Shown here one piece after another: positions 23,501 to 32,142 of a DNA stretch of 36,841 bases (positions are counted from its first letter, which is position 1; the number at the start of each line of letters is the position of its first letter). The translations under genes were made by a program, and so were the position numbers. Under the pieces are notes generated by a model that saw nothing but the letters and a program-made list of their open reading frames with translations, did not search any database and was not told the DNA's origin. The stretch is from Catajapyx aquilonaris (lineage: Eukaryota). The stretch is from contig KZ539005.1 in NCBI GenBank assembly GCA_000934665.2, forward strand, positions 1 through 36,841, read 5' to 3'.

Positions 23501-26500
23501 TTGCATCAGTGCTGCCAGCTCACCAATTCCGTCTTTGTGACATTTTACCACTGTCACCGGCAATTTTCAACACATTACCATGGAGATAGCATGGTGGTCG
23601 GAATTAGGCGCATGGTTGAAATATGGACCCCTTCCCCTATCGATACCGAGATATCGAAGCCTAGGCAATGTATTGATTTCAGTGTCAGCCTGGGCAATAA
23701 CATCATGGCAGCCGAGGATGCGCATTGCAAGCATGTCCAACATCAGGAATTAATTCCACAGCCCCTGTGCCAGAGCGCCAGGTAAAACCCAGGGCAAATT
23801 CCTGACACACATGGTCAGAAATCCACAGAAACTCATCGAAATCCAATGATAACCCGCCTGTAAAGTAGACTTGTGCGGATAGAGTTAACCCAGAAAACCG
23901 GAAATGGCGGGTCACCGGAAGTTGACCATGAAATTTATTTAGGTCGCACTTAATCTGAATCTGAAAACCGTTTGTCGCTATCTCTTGCTGTTAAGACCCT
24001 GATACTGTCCACAGACGGACGGACGGATGGACACAGCCGTTCTGTAAGACTTTTTCTTATGAGAAAAAGTCTAAAAACTAGTCAAAAATGTTATAGGCCT
24101 AAAGTATAAATATAAGGTCACAAACCAGAGCACAAACTGAATAACAACGATAAACTGACAGAAAATCACAAAACTTGGGCAAAAGACACAAAGTACAAGC
24201 AAGTATCACTTTCACACTCCTGCACTCATGAAAGAGATCGATCTCTTCACAAAACCATCCCAACTGTAAAGGAACTAAATAGGCATTTGCCTAAAAATCC
24301 GGGCTTTAGTTATGAAGTCCATGGTATTTAAAATAACTTAGTATGGAGGGTTCGTTTCACATCAGCCATGTTTCCCGCCTTCACAGTATATTAGAGAGAC
24401 CCAGGGTTGTCTCTAGCGTACTGCTTGGTAGCAGTGCTTAGAAGTGAGATGAAAATTCCATGCCACTGCTAATTGTAGACAGAGCCCCTTAGCAGTAACT
24501 AGCAGTATGATGAAAATTCCACCCTACAATTTAAAATCATTTCATAATGCCTGGATTCTATCAGCAAGGGAGGGGCAGCTAGAAGGGGAGGAATATAATT
24601 ATACAAGTTCAGTGTCTTCACAAACATTCATTTCTGCATTCTCCTAACTGGATAATCTACCAGAAATGAGACCTGAATAAGCCCTTTCCATCCATGGGTG
24701 GGTGTTTAAATTATGCAATTCTCCCTTCCTCCAAATTAGGTGTCAGAAAAATGATTTCGCCATTGTCATTGCAGATTAATGGAAAGCTGGCCGCTGTAGA
24801 TGTGACTAAAGAGGCATCACTAGCAACCCGGTTTAATATTCGTGGATACCCAACTGTCAAATACTTTCAAAATGGTGAATTCCAGTTTGATGCTCATGTG
24901 AGAGACGGAGATAAGATCATGGAGTTTATGCAGGATCCTAAAGAGCCACCCCCACCCCCACCACCTGAAAAGCCTTGGAGTGAAGAGGAATCCATTGTTG
25001 TCCATCTTGGTGATGAAAACTTCAAAGGTTTTCTGAAGAAGAAGAAACATGTGTTAGTCATGTTTTATGCTCCATGTAAGTTGTTAATTGTAGGCCTATC
25101 ATAGAACAATTATTTAGAAAATGTATGTTATATTGGATTAGAACTGGTTGCAAAAATTATGCAATGAAGCATGTCAAATGAATTTCCTCCATTCTGCAAA
25201 AATTTCCCTCATAATTATGTGGCAAATTCATTGCCGATTTTTTGCACAGGACCAAACAAAAGTTCTGGGAGTGGCAAATTTTGGTTGCATCCAGGGTCTT
25301 TTATATAGAATTTAGTCTTACAAAATCACAAGGAATATTATGGCCGAGAGAAAGTGTTCATCTTTCCCAGAACCTTGTATACAAGGGCTGTCCAAAGAGT
25401 GTCCGGCCTTAATTTTTTCCACGGAAACAAATGAAGCATGGGAGGTGTCCTTTGGTGGGTAGGTGGAGGGATAACTTCATGAGTATTTGTGAATTTTTTC
25501 CCATCTGCAGAGAGCATCAGTCACTGGCAGTCAGCCTTTGAGTGACCGAGGGTACTAGGCCCCCGTCGGATTTTCATTTTCGGCGAAATGACGGAACTAC
25601 TTGAAGGTGTTGCATCAAATTTTGCATTCGTGCCCGGCAATGGCAAAGTGGAAACCATTCTTTAAATTTAGCAGGCTTTTGGTGATGATGCCATGGGCAT
25701 TACATATTAAGCAGTGATAAAACCGTTTCAAAGATGGCTGCACATCAGTGGAGAGCGACTCACTTTCTGACAGGCCCTCAACAAGCCAAAATATCAAAGT
25801 CATTGACCAAGTGCGGACCTTTGGTCATGCAGGGACTGTTGTGTCACAGTCCAAGAACTTGCGGACGATGTGGGGATAAGCACTACACTGGTTTGGTTAC
25901 ATTTCATTTTACGGAGGAGATTTGGCCTTATGGAGAGTGTCCATGAAATCGTGCAGAAGCATCTATAACCTCCGAAGCAGAAGCATCTAACCTCCGAAGC
26001 AGAAGCAACGCCATCTGGAAGTCTCACAGGAAATTCTGGACTCCTCAAATGGTCATTCATGAACACCGTGATGACTGGTGCTGAGTCGTGGGTCGTACCG
26101 CTGTTCATGTCGTTCCATCATTGTCTTGGAAAAGGAAAATCCGATTGGGGCTTAGTACCCTCAGTCATTCAAATGCTGACTACCAGCTACTGGCTCTTTC
26201 TGGGGGCGGGAAAAAAATTCAAGAACACTCATGAGGGTCCTCCCCACCTCCCGTGCTTCATTTGTTTCCACAGAAAAAATTAAAGTTGGTTACTTTTTGG
26301 ACAGCCCTCGTATGCACAACAGTCACAAATTGCTGTGTTTTGCACTACCTGTGAAGCTAATGAGCTGTGCACAATGACACAAAACTCTAACACCATATTA
26401 AAATGTAATGAAATTCTTTAAGTGCACACAGCAACAGATTTGTTTTAATAGTGATATATTTTTGATGAGCAACATGAACACTGAAATGATCTTACAGGGT

Positions 26501-28105
26501 GTGGTCATTGCAAAAAGGCCAAACCGGAATTTCTTTCTGCTGCTGAAACCTTCCAAGATGACCCAAAAGTAGAATTTGCCGCAGTGGACTGCACTTTGTT
26601 TCCAACACTATGCACTGTGAATGAAGTTCGTGGGTATCCAACTATCAAATATTTCCACTACTACAACAAGGAAGTGAAGAATTATCAAGGTGGCCGAACA
26701 GTAAGTATCGCAATCCGTGATGGCAATTGACTGAAACTTATTATCATTGTTGCAATACATAAAATTATTTTTATGATCATTGTGGTGATGATAATAATGT
26801 AGTCATGATGATCATTACCAACTCCACCCACTCGTCCAAAGGAGACATCCATACACTCCTAATGTGCATTACACTGCTTGGTAGTACCTGTAGTTTAATG
26901 CCATGTTCTTTGTTACCCCGCTAGTAGCTTTTACAGGTGTATGGATACTTTTTCATCTCGGCTTTCAGTTTTTGTGATAGCCTTACCTGTACAATTCCTC
27001 AACCAGGCAATTGATTTGTGAATAATACTACTGAAATAGCACTGACCTTGATTAGTGCCTCTATGTCATAATGATATTTTTCCATTCCCCAGCAATCTGA
27101 CTTTGTAGCTTTTATGGAAGACCCTCAGAACCCTCAAGGAGGCATGCCTCCTGCACCTCTTCCACAAGATGAATGGAAAGGCCTAAAAGGATCTCAGTTT
27201 GTGCATCATCTGACAGAGGCCACATTTGACACCTTTGTCACTGGGCATGATTCTGTGTTGGTCATGTTTTATGCACCATGTGAGTTTCAGTAGTTTAGAA
27301 AGCTTCCTCTAGAGTCTAGACCATGGTCTTAGAATACTATGGTCTGATCACTACCATACCTCTTATCGCCTGCCGGGCTTTTTGCATGAGGTGCTCACTT
27401 GAGAGCGCCATGAGACCGCCTTTCACTGCTACATTATGTGGCGACCCTACCGGACCGCGCCGAACCTACGTAGAAGGGAAGCCGCTACATGCGGGCCCAA
27501 CATGGCCGCCGGCGACCATGTTGGTTCCCCCAATATAGCACTTCCCTTTTGTACCTATAAAGGTCAGCGCTGTACGGTAGGGTCGTCACATAATGTAGCA
27601 GTGAAAGGCGGTCTCATGGCGCTCTCAAGTGAGCACCTCATGCAAAACGCCCTGGCAGGCGATTAGATAAGATTATAGGGGTAGTGCCCGGTGGTTGCTC
27701 TAGACCCACAATGATACTTTTAGATTATGAATAAGTTTTCACTTATTTGATGGGGAAAATGTTGAGAATATTTTGTTACCCCTTGTGGGTTTTTGGTTAG
27801 ATTACATGTTAGCTTCCTGTAAGTAATATAGTTTTATGGCTGCAGGGTGTGGGCACTGCAAAGCAATGATGCCAGATTATGCCCAAGCTGCTGAGGGGCT
27901 CCATGAGCAGAAATTGCCTGGTGTGCTGGCCGCAGTGGATGCCACACTCCACACAGGCCTCCAAGAGCGCTTCCAAATTCAAGGCTTCCCAACCATCAAG
28001 TATTTCAACAAAGGGCATCTAGTGACTGACTACAACCGACCACGTAAGGCTGCAGACTTTCAAGACTTTATGATCAATACACCTACATCAAAAGATGAAC
28101 TTTGA
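13445..28105 (+). CDS. PDIA5: Protein disulfide-isomerase A5 (PDIR) family, 10 coding exons, ~641 aa
   Basis: join(13445-13474,13547-13791,17328-17532,18289-18509,18564-18732,20109-20213,24775-25075,26498-26700,27093-27279,27846-28105) = 1926 nt, all phases compatible. Signal peptide [27 protein letters not shown]-domain motifs ([35 protein letters not shown]); four Trx domains WCGFC, WCGHC, WCGHC, WCGHC; C-terminal KDEL*. Confidence 0.95.
13547..13791 (+). CDS. PDIA5: PDIA5 exon 2
   Basis: VILLL...[19 protein letters not shown]...YVDCSG; donor GG|GTAAGA, phase 2. Confidence 0.9.
14147..14548 (+). mobile_element. tRNA-derived SINE, full length, in PDIA5 intron 2
   Basis: A-box TGGTGCTGCGG, B-box GGTTCGATCCC, (ATT)n tail, 16-bp TSD TAAATGCTGATTATTG (14131-14146, 14549-14564). 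Confidence 0.92.
14699..15990. mobile_element. Two adjacent copies of a Tc1/mariner-type long-TIR MITE (14699-15413; 15417-~15990, truncated)
   Basis: Both begin TA-CA(A/G)GG..A.TCGGAAAATAAGTTTTG...CTACAGTTTCGACGCCATGTGAC. Each folds back on itself, and their central parts are in opposite orientation. Confidence 0.75.
16005..16873. mobile_element. Degraded DNA-transposon remnant with internal direct repeats, a piggyBac-like right end and a nested hAT-like fragment
   Basis: 16208-16270 resembles 16394-16456; 16290-16380 resembles 16739-16825; ends GCCGAAGGGG-TTAA; CAGGGCTGTTCAAC at 16461 with a 22-bp palindrome at 16488-16509. Confidence 0.45.
17328..17532 (+). CDS. PDIA5: PDIA5 exon 3
   Basis: Acceptor [18 protein letters not shown]...[11 protein letters not shown]...ADGN; donor GTAAGA, phase 0. 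Confidence 0.93.
18289..18509 (+). CDS. PDIA5: PDIA5 exon 4 (Trx a1, WCGFC)
   Basis: Acceptor [25 protein letters not shown]...GFPTLLYF; donor GA|GTGAGT. Confidence 0.95.
18564..18732 (+). CDS. PDIA5: PDIA5 exon 5
   Basis: Follows a 54-nt intron; [10 protein letters not shown]...[14 protein letters not shown]; ends at non-canonical donor AGG|GCAAGT. Confidence 0.88.
18827..19074 (+). mobile_element. mariner-type MITE (~250 bp), copy A, intron 5
   Basis: TIR TGAGGGGTGTGG / CCACACCCCTCA; reverse-complement copy at 21048-21297. Confidence 0.85.
19375..19975. mobile_element. pogo/Tigger-type MITE
   Basis: TA TSD; TIR CAGTAAAACTTCTA / TAGAAGTTTTACTG; subterminal TTCGA(C/G)TTA repeats. Confidence 0.88.
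20109..20213 (+). CDS. PDIA5: PDIA5 exon 6 (Trx a2 active site WCGHC)
   Basis: Acceptor [32 protein letters not shown]...KHKH; donor GTATGT; 105 nt, phase 0-0. Confidence 0.93.
20525..21530. mobile_element. Non-autonomous hAT element with nested MITE
   Basis: Perfect 8-bp TSD GTTGTCAT (20517-20524, 21531-21538); TIR TAGTGCTTC(T/A)ACAT; dense CCGGA subterminal repeats at both ends. Confidence 0.92.
21048..21297 (-). mobile_element. mariner-type MITE, copy B, nested in the hAT element
   Basis: Reverse complement of 18827-19074 (e.g. GTATACCAAACTGTTTGTCATGTC). Confidence 0.85.
21589..22186 (-). mobile_element. mariner-derived MITE with long TIRs and a transposase remnant
   Basis: TA flanks; arms GGGCTCGGGAGAAAAACGTGA / TCACGTTTTTCTCCCGAGCCC; minus-strand peptide [12 protein letters not shown] matches the mariner TGDE region. 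Confidence 0.8.
22528..23314. repeat. Near-perfect long inverted repeat (~295-bp arms, ~198-bp spacer)
   Basis: 22528-22822 versus 23021-23314; produces the mirror ORFs 22635+ and 23207-. Confidence 0.93.
23620..24077 (+). mobile_element. DINE-1/HINE-like (Helitron-related) non-autonomous element; left boundary uncertain
   Basis: (GACG)n microsatellite at 24014-24032, then terminal hairpin AGACTTTTTCT-TATG-AGAAAAAGTCT (24047-24072) and an A-run. Confidence 0.5.
24775..25075 (+). CDS. PDIA5: PDIA5 exon 7
   Basis: Acceptor [16 protein letters not shown]...GYPTVKYF...[11 protein letters not shown]...VLVMFYAP; donor T|GTAAGT, phase 1. Confidence 0.93.
25382..26310 (+). mobile_element. Internally deleted mariner element (transposase pseudogene) with long TIRs
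   Basis: TA TSD; ends CAAGGGCTGTCCAAA / TTTGGACAGCCCTCG; remnants [32 protein letters not shown] and [12 protein letters not shown]. Confidence 0.88.
26498..26700 (+). CDS. PDIA5: PDIA5 exon 8 (Trx a3 WCGHC); not in supplied ORF track
   Basis: Acceptor [19 protein letters not shown]...AAVDCT...[23 protein letters not shown]; donor GTAAGT at 26701. Confidence 0.93.
27093..27279 (+). CDS. PDIA5: PDIA5 exon 9; not in supplied ORF track
   Basis: Acceptor [19 protein letters not shown]...[26 protein letters not shown]; donor T|GTGAGT, phase 1. Confidence 0.92.
27349..27686. mobile_element. Hairpin MITE in PDIA5 intron 9
   Basis: ~90-bp arms 27361-27451 and 27575-27667; outer CACTACC / GGTAGTG; no clear TSD. 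Confidence 0.75.
27846..28105 (+). CDS. PDIA5: PDIA5 exon 10 (Trx a4 WCGHC, KDEL)
   Basis: Acceptor [18 protein letters not shown]...GFPTIKYF...SKDEL TGA. Confidence 0.95.
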
Positions 28106-28406
28106 GGAGTGAAAATAATTGAGGGTGAGTCAGGATCAGGGGGCAAACTATTATAATATTTGAGCAATTATTTTGAATAAGAATTTTATTGCTAGAACAC
28201 CAGCTACAGATATGTAATGTGCATATCCACATAAAAGATGCATTTCTACATTGTGCAGCGATCTCACTCAGGTTATTTTGCTTGCATCTGGAATGGTTTT
28301 TAAATGTTTGTTATTTTAATTTTGTTCACTAATATCCATGTCTTGATACAGTCATATTGAAGGCCTATTCACAGAGGGAAAATACTTGCTTTGTGCTGCC
28401 TTTTGC

Positions 28407-28412
28407 AATAAA
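28407..28412 (+). terminator. Candidate polyadenylation signal of PDIA5
   Basis: AATAAA about 300 nt after the stop codon, in AT-rich 3' UTR-like sequence. Confidence 0.5.
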
Positions 28413-28630
28413 TGTACATTTAAAAGCTCATTTCAGCATATGGAAGGCTTTCCTGCTCACTGAGAATATCACTCAATTATTTTTTATTACACTAAAACCT
28501 TGACAAGACGTACCTCAGTAACCCAAATTATGGCATTTCTTCTTAAAAAGGTTCATACAAATAGCTCCACCCCATTATGCCCATTCATACCCTTTCCCCT
28601 TGCACAACTGCCTTGGCACCAGCCAAAATA

Positions 28631-29378
28631 CAGGGGTTGGACAAAATAACAGGGGGCCCTGCAAAAAGCAGGTGAATTTTCTTCTCCATTGTACTGGAAA
28701 ACTGGAAAAGTTACACAGATGGATTTTGCTGATTTTTGAAGCTCTGTCGATGTTACTTTTGTATGGTATAGAGATGGACCAAAATTACCGACAGGAGGCA
28801 GGGGAAAAAATAGAAACGACACCCCCCTTCCCTGGCACTAAATCTGAGAAGAGGTTGGACAAAATAATGTATAGTAAGTTTGGGTCGAATTTTCGTCCCA
28901 CTGCTAGTTACTACCAACTTAGTAGTACCATATTTGGCACTGGTATTGCTAAGTTACCATTAACTAGCAGTGGGACCAAAAATTTCCATTGTTTGCATTC
29001 AAGCAGTGCCAGGGAAGGGGGGTAAGGTTTCTATTTTTCCCCGCCCCCTGTTGGTAATTTTGGTTCATCTCTATACCAAACAAAGTGACATCGATAGAGC
29101 TTATAAATCCAGTAAAGTTCATATCTCTAACTATTTTCATTTTCAAATGAAAAGGGTGGGACACTTTGGTCAAAAATGGGGTCTGGGGGGTATCGTTCGT
29201 CTTTTGTTTCTCCCCCTCCTCTTGTGATTTTTGTGTCATCTTCATGTCTGTAAATGTACATCGACAGAGCTTAAAAAATCAGTGAAAGCCATCTCTAATT
29301 TTTCCAGTTTTCGAGTACAATGGAGGAGAAAATTCACCCACTTATTGCAGGGGGCCCCGTTATTTTGTCCAACCCCTG
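28631..29378. mobile_element. Tc1-type MITE
   Basis: TA TSD; TIR CAGGGGTTGGACAAAATAAC / GTTATTTTGTCCAACCCCTG with extended arms. Confidence 0.9.
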
Positions 29379-29841
29379 TATATGCACACTTGCCCAATGG
29401 GAAAAGTCACACACCCATTTCCCCCTTTGAACATTTTTATTTTCAAGACATATACAAAATATTACGGAAGCAAATTAAAAATCAATAATGGAAAAAATCA
29501 TCATGACTAGTCCAATTGGTACCAAAACAGGCACACATGCAACTGTACAATCATATTACCTTTCAGTTGCAGGGAAATAGTAACTAATTTTAAATGATTT
29601 TATATGAGTTTTAAGGTGGTCACAGACAAATTCTGTGAGTGTTTTCATGACTTTCAGAATTTCCATGCCATTAGTCCTGCACTCATGCATTATTGCCAGG
29701 GCCGAGAATGTACTTGCATGCATAACACCCACTTATTCCTTGTTGTCGTCGTCATCATCACTAATCTTTTGCATTAACTGAGAAGGTACTGAATGAAGCT
29801 TTGTAATTCTGAAGTACTCCACCTAATCTGTGCTAATCTCA

Positions 29842-30301
29842 GGCCCATATACGTAATGGGTTTTCCAATGCTAGGTCTAAGTTGACTCGGTTGAGAGGGG
29901 CTTAACTCCCTGTTCATTACATCACGGCAGTTCAACCCCACATTGTGGAGTCAAGTTGGACCTGAAGTCAACCCTGGTCAGGAAGTAGAGTTGAATCCAT
30001 CAGCCAGGGTTAAGAGTGTTAAAAAATGATGGGCAGAGTTGAATTGGAAAAGTGTTTGTTAGCTGCCAGAGGAAGTTGAGGCTGAGTGACAAGATTTGGT
30101 ATGACCTCATATAGGTATAGATCTGGGGGGCAGGGATACCCACGCAAAGGTGTACAATGCCAACTCTTCCCGGAAAAAGGAAGGTACAGTTCTGGGATAA
30201 CCCAGCCCCTGTTTTTCATTATGTATGTGGGTCCATCTTACTCAACTCTGGGTTCAACACTGACTTGCTTATGATGTACACAGTCATTATGAGCATGGGC
30301 T
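29842..30301. mobile_element. Degraded Harbinger-like MITE
   Basis: Imperfect ends GGCCCATATACGTAATG / CATTATGAGCATGGGCT; internal AGAGTTGA/TCAACTCT repeats. Confidence 0.4.
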
Positions 30302-31797
30302 TCTCTGAGTTCAGACTGAGACTGGCAACATTTTTACCATCCAAAAGACCTAGGCCTTGTTAATAGACCACATATCAGAATTCCAGACTGCCATGTGGGA
30401 AGATTAGATAGCATGTGTGGGAGAAGGGAAGAAATTAGCTTGGGGGCCTTATGACCCATACACTAACCAAATTTTAACCCTAAGAAGAAATAATTCTTCC
30501 AGATTTCAGCTAGCTGAGAATTATTGATCTGGTCCTCAACCAATCATGTTCAGTAGTGCTTTATTTGAATCCTGCTTCGAATCTCTCCTTTCTCCCTTGT
30601 CATGTCAACTTTCAATCATATTTTAGTTAAGTACGTAACAGACCTAGACTGGTCTTGTTCCTGTTGCCACAATTACGTGACCATTTGTCTCTGTCTGAAA
30701 ATTGCATTTCTGTATGGCATTATTTTCCCATTCTCTTTGAACTAGCCAACCATTTTAGCCCTCATTATTATCATTGTTGGAAGCCTAAAATGACTTCATA
30801 CTAGATGCCATCCTAATTTTGTCTTATCCTACAAAGAAATTTAAATTCCTCGTGTCAGGATGAGAAAAATTGTTTTATTTTGTCACATGCAGTTCTTGTC
30901 TTATCTGAGTTCATCTCATCAAGGTTTTACTGTATGTTAGTTTCGAGTTAAATAATGAAGCTGGTGAGCTGCTACAAGAGGGTAGCTAGCGGGTGTGTGC
31001 CAGTCAGTTGTCTTTTCGTGGCACCTAGTCTCCCAGTACTTACCCCCACCTATTTTCTTTTTCTTTTTTTTTTGTACATTGTTTTAGCCTTCCAAGGTAC
31101 AAGTATTATTAAATCTGACTGATCAAGAAAATGTTAAATTCGTGTCATTTGTAATCCAGCAGTGCATAGTTGAAAGGATACTTCCCAGGGTTGCTTCAGC
31201 ACAGGTCATGATAATTTCAGGGTGGATTGTTCGAAATATGACCATTAGATGAAAGTTGAAAGTCAGTCTTGACCTAGTTAGATCCCCAATTGTGAAATTA
31301 GGGCTTGATCATTGCAAATTTGCAATCTTGTCAAAACTGAAAATGGCTGTAGAAGTTCTAGCCTTGCTAAGCCTTTAGTAATTCATATTTTGATTTTTAT
31401 GGCGACATCATGTGATACCCAATATTTCAACTTACAAATTGATCATTAGTAGGCCTATTGGTGTTAATGCTCATTACTGGCACAGTAATGAGGGGTTAAA
31501 ATCTCAGCATTCCATCTCGGAGGTCCTGTGTTTGATCTTCATGTCAAAGTAGATTATCTCATTTGTAAAGGGTTTTCATGGGTTCTCATCATGATCACAT
31601 GGGTTTGCTTAAGGTTGTTCCATTTCTTGCTACAATTAAAATCTATCAACAGCAGAGATGGGGGGTAATGTAATAAAGTTGGGTGAATACAAGCTCCCTG
31701 AAAAGCCCTTAGTAGGCCTGTCTCTGAGGGTCCATTTATTATAATATTTACTAGCCTCCCATTGTAATTCCACACATGCAACCACTGCACAATTATC

Positions 31798-32142
31798 TAT
31801 TATTATTATTATTAATATTAATATTTTTATTTTTATTTTATTTTATTTTAAATACCCCATGCTGGGCCATCTTTGGCCCTTTTGGGGGGCCTTTTTACGA
31901 AACGCCCTGGTCAAAGGGCAGGGTGACTGGGAGGGGATGTGCAAAGTGCAAGTGCAATGTCGTTGCTTGGTCGTTTTGTGAACTCCCCCCCGGTGGATTA
32001 GTCTGTCGTAGATTCCACCCGAGACAAAGCCAGAGACGGCCCAACTCTGCACGAGATGAAGGGGGCAACTCCGGGCGGGATTTGGTCCCGGGACCTTAAC
32101 ATCGTGGGCGCATGCGTTACCGCAGCACCACTTTGTCACCCC
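31798..32142 (-). mobile_element. tRNA-derived SINE, same head as 14147, B-box mutated
   Basis: GTGGTGCTGCGGTAACG.ATGCGCCCACG on minus; TSD CACAATTATC (31788-31797, 32143-32152); (TAA)n-rich tail. Confidence 0.88.

Larger units (their letters stand above)
22230..24308. mobile_element. hAT-like element expanded by nested insertions; related copy from 35181 to ~35810
   Basis: TIR TAAAGCCCAGATTTTTAGGCA / TGCCTAAAAATCCGGGCTTTA; degenerate TSD (GTTACAAT vs GTTATGAA); 22235-22320 and 24078-24270 match 35185-35420 and 35775-35811. Confidence 0.7.
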
